Part shown: positions 37,261 through 47,355 of the stretch, piece by piece
Position numbering within the stretch: the stretch's first letter is position 1
How the letters are laid out: each line of letters opens with the position of its first letter
Assembly: GCA_947479535.1 (NCBI GenBank)
Contig: CANJZQ010000001.1
Location: 14,324-78,323, forward strand
Direction of reading: 5' to 3'
From: Oligoflexales bacterium
Lineage (GTDB): Bacteria; Bdellovibrionota_B; Oligoflexia; Oligoflexales; RGVZ01
DNA: 64,000 nt
Made by a program: the position numbers and the translations under genes
Notes under the pieces: model-generated
What the model was told of the DNA's origin: nothing
The model's input: the letters and a program-made list of their open reading frames with translations, nothing else
Database searches by the model: none

Positions 37261-39043
37261 GGACGCTGATTCGCTGAGTCGTTCTTGCGAACTGGTCCCT
37301 TCTGATTTCCGAAGTTAAAAACTTCACCTCGACTTCCAGGCCTTTCGCCACAATTGGACTTTTTGTTTCCCACCGGTTCATATCGCGATAGTTGACCAGT
37401 TCTTTCCCGTCGGCAAACCAGAGGATTTCAATCCTCTCATCTGTCGGAGCCGTTCCAAGGGTGCGGTATTGACCAAGAGCCAGGGTAGAGACCTCTGCGG
37501 CATAAAAACCGTCCTGGTTTTTATGTGCCGAAGCCTCGTCAATCAAATTGATTCGGTCGAGAAATTTCATCCAGTTGTTTTCCTGGCAGATCGTACAAAA
37601 ATGATCACGGGTCATATCTCGCATGAGGCAGGCCTCATTGGTTGGCCGGTAGCCGGCGACGGAACGGAACCGGTCAAAGACAGGAAATGCACTGACAGCC
37701 CCGATTTCCGCAGGAAATTCTGCCGCATATTCATGAACTGTGAGGGAGGAAAGCCACTGTCCGCGAGGGGTGAGGCTCCCATTGGCAGGTGCTGAAAAGA
37801 CAAGTCGATGGTCACCAGCTGAAAGGCCTTGAGGCAATTCAATGTTAATGAAGGTCCGGTCTTCAGAGTCTGGCGCAGTGAATTGAATGGGAAAATCATC
37901 AAGCTTGACTTCAAGGCCCTGTCCGTTCGAAACATCTTTACCGCTGAAACCGGACGCGCTGAAACGAATAGAGGTTCGTGCGTATTTGCCATTGGATTTG
38001 AAGGAGGCTTCAAAAGCTCCTGCTTTGAAGTCATGCCAGGGCCATGCGAGAAATCTGGCAATCATCGGTTCAGCGTGAACCTTCGGACTTGAGGCGTTGA
38101 TCCAGTGCTTCCAGTCGACGGATGTGACTTCGTCGGCGTGGTTGGCGCCGAAGTACCCGCCCCCATCATACTCTTCGCCCACTCGTCCGAAATTGTGGCC
38201 AAGTTCATGGCGCAGCACAACCGTTCCACTCTTCGAGGAGCTGGTTGAGATTGCGAATTCGCCACCAAGGCCGCCGTACCAAGGGTCGTTGGCGATGACG
38301 ACGGGATAGTCACAATCTGGTGCTTGTTCGCAGGAGTCCCGAAGGGCGGCTGGATCTCCCGGAAAAATCGCGCGGAGCGTGTCACCCTCGCGGTAAAGCC
38401 CGTATGCAGTTTTCCCTGGCCGGTCTTTGCCAATCCCTGATTGTTCCGACGCACGGAACACCACGTGGACATTGAATGCAGGGAGGTACGATGTGAAGGT
38501 CTCTCCCAGGAACATGTCATCGACCAAACGATTCATGTCGGAAAAAAATTTTTCCCGTTCTTCGATTGCGTAACCATCGCCCATGAAGACAATATCGATG
38601 CGGTTAGCAGGGGGGCCGCTGCTGATCAGGGTACGCACCTCGTCGTCGTCGCTACCACTTCCGAAGTGCTCTTGGGTGTTGTCCGCCAAGGTTCCAGAAG
38701 CCAGGAGGTCTGCGTCGAATGGAATGCCTCTGGCGCGCAAGTGGTCTGCGATTTTCAAAAGATCATGGCCCTCGATTTCATGCCATTCTATGGCTGGAGA
38801 CGGCTGTTGTTCTAAAATCACTGCGGGAAGTGTCCTGGTGCGGACTCCGTCGTCAGGCAAGAAAGCCATGGTTGTTTGTAATGTTTTATGGCTGACGATG
38901 TGACTTTTCTTGGTCTGGAGGTCGTGGATCCAGCGAATCCGGTGCAACTTTTGATAGCTTTCGGCTGCCAGTGCCCGCACCGGTTCAAGGCTAATACAAG
39001 CCAAAAATGCGAGTGTGGTTATAAAGTGGGACTTGGAATTCAT
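37250..39043 (-). CDS. Secreted zinc metallopeptidase, M64 (IgA-peptidase-like) family
   Basis: HELGHNFGRVGEEYDGGGYF fits the M64 HExxH...EY signature. Signal peptide MNSKSHFITTLAFLACISLEPVRALA. GGAGG RBS before ATG 39043. Confidence 0.8.
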   Translation of the reverse strand: MNSKSHFITTLAFLACISLEPVRALAAESYQKLHRIRWIHDLQTKKSHIVSHKTLQTTMAFLPDDGVRTRTLPAVILEQQPSPAIEWHEIEGHDLLKIADHLRARGIPFDADLLASGTLADNTQEHFGSGSDDDEVRTLISSGPPANRIDIVFMGDGYAIEEREKFFSDMNRLVDDMFLGETFTSYLPAFNVHVVFRASEQSGIGKDRPGKTAYGLYREGDTLRAIFPGDPAALRDSCEQAPDCDYPVVIANDPWYGGLGGEFAISTSSSKSGTVVLRHELGHNFGRVGEEYDGGGYFGANHADEVTSVDWKHWINASSPKVHAEPMIARFLAWPWHDFKAGAFEASFKSNGKYARTSIRFSASGFSGKDVSNGQGLEVKLDDFPIQFTAPDSEDRTFINIELPQGLSAGDHRLVFSAPANGSLTPRGQWLSSLTVHEYAAEFPAEIGAVSAFPVFDRFRSVAGYRPTNEACLMRDMTRDHFCTICQENNWMKFLDRINLIDEASAHKNQDGFYAAEVSTLALGQYRTLGTAPTDERIEILWFADGKELVNYRDMNRWETKSPIVAKGLEVEVKFLTSEIRRDQFARTTQRISVPNQ

Positions 39044-39192
39044 TGGACCTCCGGCGCTGGTTGATGCCAAAGATGATAGCATTGGGAATGGATACGGCAA
39101 TCAAGTAAAGTGGCTTTGGCTTGGCACAGGCTTCGCACGGCCTTTGCTGAAAGCGTTTCAGATTTCAAATTGACGAGTTTGGAGAATTCCGG

Positions 39193-39597
39193 ATGCAGCG
39201 TATGTTGTTTAAATGGCTGGTGATGTCGCTTGCGTTGCTGGCGATTCCGCAGCTGGTGGGTGGTGTTTCTGTCGAGAGCTTTGGGACGGCCTTGGCGGTC
39301 GCGGCCGTTCTCGCAGTGATGAATGTGGTATTGAAGCCAATCTTGATCTTGCTGACTCTACCTTTGACGGTTTTGAGTCTTGGCCTTTTTATATTTGTCC
39401 TTAATGCTTTTATGATGCAAATGGCGCCATTTTTTGTGTCAGGTTTTCATGTTGATTCATTCAAGTCAGCTTTCATTTCTTCACTGATCGTCTCGATTGT
39501 TTCTTGGGTTGCAAATGTTTTTGACGAGCGGCAATTTCGCTGGCGCATCAGCTCGGGGCGGCGGCGAGAAGCCTCTGATCAAAGATTTACGGAGTAA
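39193..39597 (+). CDS. Small 4-TM membrane protein, Phage_holin_4_2 (YvlD/DUF360) family
   Basis: MLFKWLVMSLALLAIPQLVGGVSV...VLKPILILLTLPLTVLSLGLFIFVLNAFMMQMA matches the family pattern. Confidence 0.65.
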   Translation: MQRMLFKWLVMSLALLAIPQLVGGVSVESFGTALAVAAVLAVMNVVLKPILILLTLPLTVLSLGLFIFVLNAFMMQMAPFFVSGFHVDSFKSAFISSLIVSIVSWVANVFDERQFRWRISSGRRREASDQRFTE

Positions 39598-41116
39598 AAA
39601 TAATTGGTGATGACTGTGCATAAGTTGCGAAGTCATTGGCCATAAACATTCGCACATAAATATAATGCTGCTGGCCATCATTGAGCATTGATTCAGGGAG
39701 AGACCCTAAAATCTCGCCGGAATAGTAATTTTCTTCAAGTGCGCGGCTCGAGAGTTCGTGGGGCAAGTTTTCGAAATCCAATCTTCCGACGATCTGGCCA
39801 TCCAAAATCCATTCGATACGACGTGGTGCATTGTATTCATCCGGTTCAAACAACCTAAGCCTGGTTTCCAGCTGGGTATCTTTTGATGTTTGGTGTTTGG
39901 AATCAAGTCGAGGTTTTGGGGTGGCGATCGTTCCGCCCATTTGTACCCAAGGTTGCCCTGGCATGCGAATTTCAAAGGACAATTCAAGATCCCGGCTCGA
40001 AGTTGCATAGAATCTACGGGAGCGAAGCGCCTCCATCAGGCTTTCCCGGTCCAGTGCCTTCGTCAGTATTCCGATCCTGGAATTTGCGAGTCCCCAATTC
40101 GGTCCGTGATTATCTTGAGACCCAAGAGGACCTGGTAGCCAGCCCATTGCTAAAGCTTCGTCAATGAATGGTTTTTTGCCACTGAAGCCGAACATGAATT
40201 GATCGTGGCCGCTCCAGTGGATGACTTCCATTCCGAACATCTGTTTTTGTAAGGCAGGCAAATATTGCATCTTACGAAATTCAAAACGCCCGGCGTTGTC
40301 TCGTTGGACCAAGGGGTGGGCAAAGGCCACCAGGGCATGTTTATTTTCCGGGCGCAGAAGCCACTCATAGAAATCATTGAGATCCGCGCATTTCACGGCA
40401 GAACATACACCATCGCTTCCGATGACAATGTAATGGCCGAAGATGGGACTGCTGTATTCAAATCCGGCAAGTGCAACAAAATTTGCACCTCCTGCGGACT
40501 CTGCGTTTTTTTGGAGGGTCTCCCAGTTTCTCCCGGGATTGAAAAACCAGGATTCAGGGTGATCCGTCACAGCAAAAAAATCGAGTCCTCCGATGTCTCT
40601 TGCGAAGGCAAAGGCTTCCGCAGGGGTTGCGGCTCCATCCGACCAGCCTGTATGAGAGTGCAAAGTTCCGTGCCAGCCAATCATTGGTTCTGAGTCGCTG
40701 CCGGTGATGGATAATCCGCGCTTCCATTTGAATCTTGTCGATGGGAGGAGGCTTCCCGGATCCATGGCACTGTATTTAAACCAGGAATTCCCCACGGCGC
40801 CACGCTGGTATGGAAAATCTTTGGGTTCGTTTACAGGAGGCAAACGGGGATCAAACCAGGGCAGAGCTGGCGCTAAAAAAGCTGGTTCTGCATGGAGCGC
40901 TTCTCGCCAGTCCATTTTCCGCCAGCTTGTCGCCATGGCCGGTCGAAAGGTTTGCCGTTGAGTGACAGGCTCTCGGTGGGCGAGCCATAATGGGTGGATG
41001 GTTTTCCAGGTGGCATAAAGCATCAGGCACAGGCCGAAGAATATTCCAAACCCGACAGCCGCAAGGCGCATGACACGCCGCTGGCGGGCATTGATCTTTC
41101 GGTTTGGTCGGTTCAT
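39587..41116 (-). CDS. Membrane-anchored PHP-domain metallo-phosphoesterase (CehA/McbA-like)
   Basis: N-terminal TM helix (LAAVGFGIFFGLCLMLYATW). PHP motif GTLHSHTGWSDGAATPAEAFAFARDIGGLDFFAVTDH. The start overlaps the upstream stop (ATGA at 41113-41116). Confidence 0.75.
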   Translation of the reverse strand: MNRPNRKINARQRRVMRLAAVGFGIFFGLCLMLYATWKTIHPLWLAHREPVTQRQTFRPAMATSWRKMDWREALHAEPAFLAPALPWFDPRLPPVNEPKDFPYQRGAVGNSWFKYSAMDPGSLLPSTRFKWKRGLSITGSDSEPMIGWHGTLHSHTGWSDGAATPAEAFAFARDIGGLDFFAVTDHPESWFFNPGRNWETLQKNAESAGGANFVALAGFEYSSPIFGHYIVIGSDGVCSAVKCADLNDFYEWLLRPENKHALVAFAHPLVQRDNAGRFEFRKMQYLPALQKQMFGMEVIHWSGHDQFMFGFSGKKPFIDEALAMGWLPGPLGSQDNHGPNWGLANSRIGILTKALDRESLMEALRSRRFYATSSRDLELSFEIRMPGQPWVQMGGTIATPKPRLDSKHQTSKDTQLETRLRLFEPDEYNAPRRIEWILDGQIVGRLDFENLPHELSSRALEENYYSGEILGSLPESMLNDGQQHYIYVRMFMANDFATYAQSSPIIFTP

Positions 41117-42645
41117 TTCAGGTAACCAGCAAACCAGGAAACTGGCCGGTCCAGGTACTTGGCGTCAATCATTTCGCCGCTCATCTGAACATCCATCAGG
41201 CTGTGGACTTGCTCTTTGTTCGCATGAGCCTTTTCTCCCAGGACAAAGACAGCACAACCTTTGCTGGAGGCATCCCGGTCCCGATCATAATAGTAGTATT
41301 TTTTGCCTGCTTCAAAAGAGCGGACCACAGGGTGATCGGGGAGGGACCATGCCATGTGGGCAACGGTGAACCATCTAAATGAGGCTAATATTGGTTCCGT
41401 GGGACATCCGGGCGGAATTGGCCGGCCTGCGTTTTTCAGTTTCAAGCTTGTTGCGACATTGCCCCGCAACTCAATGGCATCTGGTGAGTCAAAAAAATCT
41501 GGCCAAAAGGTAAGTTCACCCAGTGCGCCTGGATAGCCGTTGGCGCGGGCCACGAGTTTATTGCGAAATATTGGCACAGTGGCCACAGTGATGATGCTTC
41601 CCGTTATAAATCCAGCAATGGCCAGATGCAGGTGCAACTTTCGAGAGCTCCATTTCTGTCCAGCCAGGATGGCAGCCTCTGGAATCAGAAGCCAAAAAGC
41701 TGGCAGGCCCCAATGAGGCAAAACTTCCTTATAAGTCATTGTCAGATGGATCAGGGCGAGTAGGGGAAGGCAGGCCCAGAAGACAATCCGGTCGGAAGTC
41801 TGATTTTTGTGCCGCCAAAGACTTCCGAGGGTGATGATCAGAAGGCCAAAGAATCCTGGGGTCAACAAAATCAACTCTGCGGACAAAGTCCGAAACGCAC
41901 GCGGTAGATCCACATGTGCGCCAGAAATTCCCCGGCTCGCCTGAAATGCGAAGGAGGACATTTCGTGCTGATAATTCCAAATCCAGACGGGGAGGGTCGC
42001 GGTGACGCCGGTAAGGACTACGATCGCCCAGAATGATTTTGCCTGAATGAACCTCCAGTTTCTCGTGGAGGCGAGGGCAAGCAGGATTCCAGCAAAAATT
42101 GGCGCTGCATGGTATTTGAAAAGACCGGCAAATCCCGCAGCCAATCCAATGGCAAGGCCACTTCCGAGGCTTGGGGTGTCGGGGCGGCTGGCAAGGCTCA
42201 GGGCGATGAGGAGTCCTGCGGTTGCGAACAAAAGAAGGCCGGCGTCAGGCAGTAGCAAGAACCCACCTATACCGAATGCAGGGATTAACTGGGTGAAGGC
42301 AAGAAATGTGAGGTCACTGGTTCTGGTTCGGCGACCAACGGAGAGCTGAAGATAAACTTTGAACAACAGCAGACTGGTAGCAAAGTGGAAAACAGGTACA
42401 AGGCCGCGCGCCTGAAGTCCCCCAGTGGCTGCGCCAAAGATTTGCTGAGCCCCGGCCGAGAGCCAGGACACGCCCGGAGGGTGGTCGAAGTAGGACAGCT
42501 TTGGGTCTCTGCCCCAGTCCCAGTAATAGACCTCATCATTGCCCAGGGGAACCACAGCCGCGAGGAATAGCCGGACAATCGTCCCAAGTGCCATCCAGGC
42601 AATCGCAACATGGCCAGCAATCAAATTTTTTCGGCCTGCTCCCAT
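41113..42645 (-). CDS. GT-C glycosyltransferase, family 39 / ArnT-PMT_2-like
   Basis: VPLGNDEVYYWDWGRDPKLSYFDHPPGVSWL is the typical first periplasmic loop motif. About 11 or more TM helices are followed by a soluble C-terminal domain. Confidence 0.8.
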   Translation of the reverse strand: MGAGRKNLIAGHVAIAWMALGTIVRLFLAAVVPLGNDEVYYWDWGRDPKLSYFDHPPGVSWLSAGAQQIFGAATGGLQARGLVPVFHFATSLLLFKVYLQLSVGRRTRTSDLTFLAFTQLIPAFGIGGFLLLPDAGLLLFATAGLLIALSLASRPDTPSLGSGLAIGLAAGFAGLFKYHAAPIFAGILLALASTRNWRFIQAKSFWAIVVLTGVTATLPVWIWNYQHEMSSFAFQASRGISGAHVDLPRAFRTLSAELILLTPGFFGLLIITLGSLWRHKNQTSDRIVFWACLPLLALIHLTMTYKEVLPHWGLPAFWLLIPEAAILAGQKWSSRKLHLHLAIAGFITGSIITVATVPIFRNKLVARANGYPGALGELTFWPDFFDSPDAIELRGNVATSLKLKNAGRPIPPGCPTEPILASFRWFTVAHMAWSLPDHPVVRSFEAGKKYYYYDRDRDASSKGCAVFVLGEKAHANKEQVHSLMDVQMSGEMIDAKYLDRPVSWFAGYLK

Positions 42646-42677
42646 GGCCCGACATTAGCAGTTCGGCCTGACTGATG

Positions 42678-43514
42678 TTAGCCCTTTGGCAGCTTTTGAT
42701 AATAAACTGCCTTTCCAAGGCGCCTGATTTCAAATTTTTCAGACAATCCAATCAGGGTCTCGGCGGCACCGAGAACCAGATAGCCTTCTGGAAGGATGGT
42801 ATTGACCAGGCGGCTGATGATCTTTTTCTTGTTTTCCATGTTCTGGTAGATCAGGACGTTGCGACAAAAGACCACATCAAATGACCCGATATCACTCCAG
42901 TCTTCGAGCAGGTTAACCTTCCGGAATGACATTTGCCTTTTGAGTTCCGGCCGGACCATCCAGTATTTGGGATCCGCCGTGGTCTTTTCAAAGTGCTTGT
43001 TAAGAAACTCAGGTGTCAGACCCCTCTGAACTTCAAGGTCGGAATATTTTCCCTCTTTAGCCTGTTGCAGGACCCTGTCAGAGAAGTCCGTGACGACGAT
43101 TTCATAATTTCTGTTGGGCTTCTGGAGCTGCCATTGACGGAGCAGGATCGCCAGACTGTAGGCCTCTTGTCCAGTGCTTGATGCGGCACTCCAGATCCTG
43201 ATGTAGTTTTGTTTATTACCATTGAAATCTGGATTGTTGAGGAGATCATTGGCAAAGGCATCAAAAACGGCATGATCCCGAAAAAAAGAAGTTTCATTGT
43301 TGGTCGATGCGTCAAGAAGTGCGTTGATTGCCTTCTGGTTGGTTCTTTCCCGCAACGTATGAAAAAGCTCTTCGGCATCGCGCATCCCAAAGGCTGCCGC
43401 TACTTCATTCATGCGCTTTTCCAGTTGATAATGATTTTCCTTGCTATACTGAATTCCCAGGGATTTTTCGACTAACGTCGCAACGTATTCAAGCATTTCC
43501 TTAGACAGCGTCAC
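42678..43514 (-). CDS. cheR: Chemotaxis protein methyltransferase CheR
   Basis: FFRDHAVFDAF, IWSAASSTGQEAYSLAILL and FDVVFCRNVLIY. GGGAGAGG RBS before GTG 43514; ATG 43496 is an alternative start. Confidence 0.85.
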   Translation of the reverse strand: MTLSKEMLEYVATLVEKSLGIQYSKENHYQLEKRMNEVAAAFGMRDAEELFHTLRERTNQKAINALLDASTNNETSFFRDHAVFDAFANDLLNNPDFNGNKQNYIRIWSAASSTGQEAYSLAILLRQWQLQKPNRNYEIVVTDFSDRVLQQAKEGKYSDLEVQRGLTPEFLNKHFEKTTADPKYWMVRPELKRQMSFRKVNLLEDWSDIGSFDVVFCRNVLIYQNMENKKKIISRLVNTILPEGYLVLGAAETLIGLSEKFEIRRLGKAVYYQKLPKG

Positions 43515-43548
43515 GTTACCTCTCCCAATTTTAGTGATTATTGATGAC

Positions 43549-44637
43549 TCATCGTCCACTTGACATGAGGGCGAGCAAGTCTGCGCAGCGCTCCAGATCC
43601 ACCATGGCATCAAATGAACCGGCTGAGTGCACAGCCCCTGGCATTCCCCAGACGACAGATGATTCCTTGTCTTGGATGATGACCGCGCCGCCACCTTTCT
43701 TGATCGCCTGTGTTCCAGCAAGGCCGTCTTCCCCCATTCCGGTCAGGACAAACCCAAGGGTGTTCCTCCCGTAAATATGAGCCGCAGTTTCAAATATGAA
43801 ATCCACAGATGGACGCACCGAATTTCGTTTTGGCCCGTGGTCGAGATGTATGACGACATCACCCGAATTCTGCGCGAGACGCATGTGATAATCGCCTGGC
43901 GCAACATAAACGTGTCCTGGTTTTATGGGTTCGCCGGGTCGTCCCTCAGCCGATTTTAATCCGCTCACCAGTTGAATTCGAGCGGCGAGAGATGCAGTGA
44001 ATCCCGGGGGCATGTGTTGGACAATCAGAATTGGAACAGCGCTTTTACCCTTTAGGCGACTGAATACAACTTCAAGAGCCGCAGGGCCTCCTGTAGAGCA
44101 TCCCACGCAAATAACCTTTGGCCTGAATGAATCCAAATTCACCCTGGTCGCAGGGTAAACCACGGGCGAGGCAGGTCTGGGCATTTCCGGTGTTGGGATT
44201 CGTTCCTGTGGACCATTCACTCGGCGGAGAAGCGTAATCTTTTCCAGCACCCGCCGAACCTGAAGGATAAACCGTTTAAATTCATCTTCCGAACTTTTTC
44301 CGGTGATCCCGGGTGACTCGAGGAAATGCAGCCGACCTTCTTTCAACCTTGATATAGCTGATCTCGCATTCGCCATGGGCGTATGAGAGAGAACGATCAC
44401 GTGGGTCTTGAAGCCCCGCATGTCAAGTTCATCCAACAATTCATTATCGGTCATGTCTGGAAGGTTGCTTTCGGCCACAATGACATCGATGCTGCCGTGT
44501 TCCAGCATCTGAAGCGCCAGACGGCCGCTAGCCGCTATTTTTGGTGTTTCCGCGTGCAGGGTTGCCTCGAGGGCCTCCCTGACGCGGACGCGTAATTCAA
44601 CCGATGCAGCTGCGATAAGAGTGTTGAGCTGGCGCAA
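43549..44637 (-). CDS. cheB: Protein-glutamate methylesterase CheB with a degenerate receiver domain
   Basis: The esterase domain is intact (GCSTGGPAAL, QHMPPGFT, GMGEDG). The N-terminal REC fold lacks the canonical acidic residues (see findings). Confidence 0.85.
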   Translation of the reverse strand: MRQLNTLIAAASVELRVRVREALEATLHAETPKIAASGRLALQMLEHGSIDVIVAESNLPDMTDNELLDELDMRGFKTHVIVLSHTPMANARSAISRLKEGRLHFLESPGITGKSSEDEFKRFILQVRRVLEKITLLRRVNGPQERIPTPEMPRPASPVVYPATRVNLDSFRPKVICVGCSTGGPAALEVVFSRLKGKSAVPILIVQHMPPGFTASLAARIQLVSGLKSAEGRPGEPIKPGHVYVAPGDYHMRLAQNSGDVVIHLDHGPKRNSVRPSVDFIFETAAHIYGRNTLGFVLTGMGEDGLAGTQAIKKGGGAVIIQDKESSVVWGMPGAVHSAGSFDAMVDLERCADLLALMSSGR

Positions 44638-44640
44638 AAG

Positions 44641-46590
44641 TTACACCTGAACCTTTTGTACGAGTTCACGAAGGCTATCGGCCAGCTGTGCCAACTGCTT
44701 GGCGGCCGTCATACACTGTGACGCCCCACTACTTGTCTGGCTGGAAGCTTCAGATACGGCCTTGATGTTCCGCGTGATGCTGCTGACTCCTTTTGCGGAG
44801 TCTTGAACGACGCGACTCATCTCGGTGGTGGTGGCCTGCTGCTCCTCGACGGATGCCGCAATAGCCCCTGCAATATTGTTCAGTTTCTCGATGCTGATGG
44901 CTATTGCAGCAATGGCTTCGACTGCAGCCCCAGTATCCCGCTGGATCGCATTGATCTTGCCGGTAATCTCCTCCGTCGCCCTGGCCGTCTGCTTCGCCAA
45001 CTCCTTGACCTCGTTGGCCACCACTGCGAATCCGCGCCCGGCTTCACCGGCGCGTGCCGCCTCAATCGTTGCGTTTAGGGCGAGAAGATTTGTCTGCTGC
45101 GCGATGGAGCTGATGACTTTGATGACATTTCCAATTTCCTGGCTGCTCTGCCCGAGTTGCGCAATCGTATCGTTTGTCGTGTGGGCTTGCTTGAGGGTCG
45201 CGTTGGACATGGCCGATGCTTCGCTCGCATTACGTGCGATCTCTTTGATCGCAGCGTTCATTTCTTCGCTGTTCGTCGCAACTGCATCCACGCCCCTCGA
45301 TATCTCTTCGGAGGCTCCTGCTGCGGAAACCGCCTCCCGGTTTGTTTCCTCGGCATTAGAAGACATTTCGCTTGCAGTTGCATTAAGCTCTGCCGCAGCA
45401 GCTGCAAGTTGGGATGAGGCCTCATTCAAATTCGAAACCAAGGTTACGCGGTCCGTGATCAAATCCCATGTGACCATGGGGCCGATGTATTTGTTGTCCG
45501 CGTCGAAAACTGGACTTGCCAGGAGATGGAGGGTTTCGGTGGCAAGTTTGATCTGAGCCTTGTGTGGCAAATTTTTTGGATCTGAAACAATCTTCTGGAT
45601 CCTCTTTGGGTCCTTGTGGAAGATGTCAATCTTTTCACCTAGCAGGCGATCTACTGGCCTTGGCAACAGGTTCTCAATTTTCCTCAGCGTCCGGCTGCTT
45701 GCCTGATTCATGTAAACAAGATTGAAATCAAGGTCTGCAAGTAATGTGTTAACTGGTGATAGTTCCACCATTGCGGAAAACTTCACCATGGCTGATTCGG
45801 TTTCGAGCTTTTTTGTGACAATGTCCCAAGTGATCATCGTCCCAGTGTGATTGCCGTTCCCGTCGATTGTTGCAGAGGCGAGAAGGTCGAGCTTCTCTGG
45901 TCCAACATTTATGATCGCCCGGTGTGGCAGGTTTCGCCGGTCCGAAATGATGCGGGCCTGGTGCTCCGGATTCTTGTGAAAAACATCGATTTTAGCGCCC
46001 AACATTTTGTCGATAGAAATGGACAGGTATTTTTCGAGTCGTTTTAGCGTCTCTTTACTCGCGGGGTTTATATAGGTAACGGTCCGGTTCATGTCGCAGC
46101 TCATGATGTTAACTGGAGCATTTTCCAGCATCGAGAGCATTTCGGCGAGCTTGGTCTGCGCTGAATCGTTTTGGGTTGTCACATCCATCGTGATGACCGT
46201 GCTGATGTGCTTCCCATCGGAGTTGATGATTGGGTTTGCCTGAAGGACAACCTTTTCACCCTTCACATCAATTCGTGTCTTGTAAGGCATCTGTTTTGAG
46301 TTGGAGAGGCCCTTGCGGTCTGCGGGTGAAAGAGCCTCAAAAATTTCAAGGCTTGTTCCGACGACGTCGTCGGCCCGGAGTCCAAGCCGGTCCTCCATCT
46401 TTCGGAACGTATTGAGCGTAAACGGATTCGCATACGTGATCATCAAATCACGATCGCATAACATGAGATTTACTGGTGCGTAGTGCGCGAGTGGCATTTG
46501 TTCGGCCACGACAGCCAAGCCCTCAGTGGTTCCCTCTCCCAAAAGCGGTCCGCTATTTGATCTCTTGTGATCTGACATGTGATGCTCCAT
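44641..46590 (-). CDS. Soluble methyl-accepting chemotaxis protein with three tandem PAS domains
   Basis: MCP signalling hairpin [37 protein letters not shown]. No TM segments. Three ~125-aa repeats each start xxPVNxMxxDxxxxxxYxNxA. Confidence 0.9.
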   Translation of the reverse strand: MEHHMSDHKRSNSGPLLGEGTTEGLAVVAEQMPLAHYAPVNLMLCDRDLMITYANPFTLNTFRKMEDRLGLRADDVVGTSLEIFEALSPADRKGLSNSKQMPYKTRIDVKGEKVVLQANPIINSDGKHISTVITMDVTTQNDSAQTKLAEMLSMLENAPVNIMSCDMNRTVTYINPASKETLKRLEKYLSISIDKMLGAKIDVFHKNPEHQARIISDRRNLPHRAIINVGPEKLDLLASATIDGNGNHTGTMITWDIVTKKLETESAMVKFSAMVELSPVNTLLADLDFNLVYMNQASSRTLRKIENLLPRPVDRLLGEKIDIFHKDPKRIQKIVSDPKNLPHKAQIKLATETLHLLASPVFDADNKYIGPMVTWDLITDRVTLVSNLNEASSQLAAAAAELNATASEMSSNAEETNREAVSAAGASEEISRGVDAVATNSEEMNAAIKEIARNASEASAMSNATLKQAHTTNDTIAQLGQSSQEIGNVIKVISSIAQQTNLLALNATIEAARAGEAGRGFAVVANEVKELAKQTARATEEITGKINAIQRDTGAAVEAIAAIAISIEKLNNIAGAIAASVEEQQATTTEMSRVVQDSAKGVSSITRNIKAVSEASSQTSSGASQCMTAAKQLAQLADSLRELVQKVQV

Positions 46591-46616
46591 TTATTGAGGG
46601 TTGAAAACGGTTTTTG

Positions 46617-47117
46617 TTATTGGGAACTCGTCGCGTTGACCTTTTCGAAGATATGATCGATATCGATGATCGAAAGTATTTGTTTGGGCATTTTGTAAAC
46701 GCCCGCAAGGTAACTTCGAACGGCTTCCCTGGTATTTGCAGGTGGGTGCTCCATCTGTGCCGCATCCATCTCAAGAACGTCACCAATTTCATCCGCCTGT
46801 AGTGATATCAGGGTGCTTCCGCTTTCGCAGATCACGTTCATCAATGCCATTGGGTCCGGACAACCGATGTTGAACAGACGATGAATTCCAATCGCGGTCA
46901 CAACCTGCCCCCTGAGGTTCAGCAGTCCATGAACAAAAGGAATGGCAAGGGGCACGCTGGTGAGAGGGAGCGGGCGAACCACTTCGCGCACTCGCATCAC
47001 GGGTACTCCGTAAAGATGTCCGCCCACGATGAATGTTGTGTATTGAGTTTGTTTCGTCTGGAAATTTTGGCGGAGCTGCCGTGCCCCGTCATTCGAGAGT
47101 TCATGCTCAGCATTCAT
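46617..47117 (-). CDS. cheW: Chemotaxis coupling protein CheW
   Basis: FIVGGHLYGVPVMRVREVV...HGLLNLRGQVVTAI, and 166 aa is the expected size. Confidence 0.85.
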   Translation of the reverse strand: MNAEHELSNDGARQLRQNFQTKQTQYTTFIVGGHLYGVPVMRVREVVRPLPLTSVPLAIPFVHGLLNLRGQVVTAIGIHRLFNIGCPDPMALMNVICESGSTLISLQADEIGDVLEMDAAQMEHPPANTREAVRSYLAGVYKMPKQILSIIDIDHIFEKVNATSSQ

Positions 47118-47355
47118 GGGCGGACTCCGGTGTGGAGAGAATATTTGTTGGATTCAATGTTCTCTATGCTAGTCACCCGCGAACGTAATTTGCAAATCTA
47201 CGCGGTAGAGCTTGTTAATTTAGTTTGATGAGTTCGCTTTTTTTCCACGATTTTGTGAAATCTCACTGATGTGTCTGCTCATACTTCTTCCTTTGACTCC
47301 GATGGTGAAGTTGAAGTCAGTTTTCCTGAACCATTGATCCCCCGGAGAGTGGCGA

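Noticed and set aside
39193-39597. A holin-family gene as a possible sign of a prophage or lysis cassette
   Set aside because: No endolysin, spanin, capsid, terminase or integrase genes are nearby. Phage_holin_4_2/YvlD-type proteins are common chromosomal membrane proteins.
44825-45556. 243-aa plus-strand Ala/Ser-rich ORF
   Set aside because: It is antisense to the MCP signalling coiled-coil, and the Ala-rich codon periodicity of that region keeps the opposite frame open. It has no independent signals.
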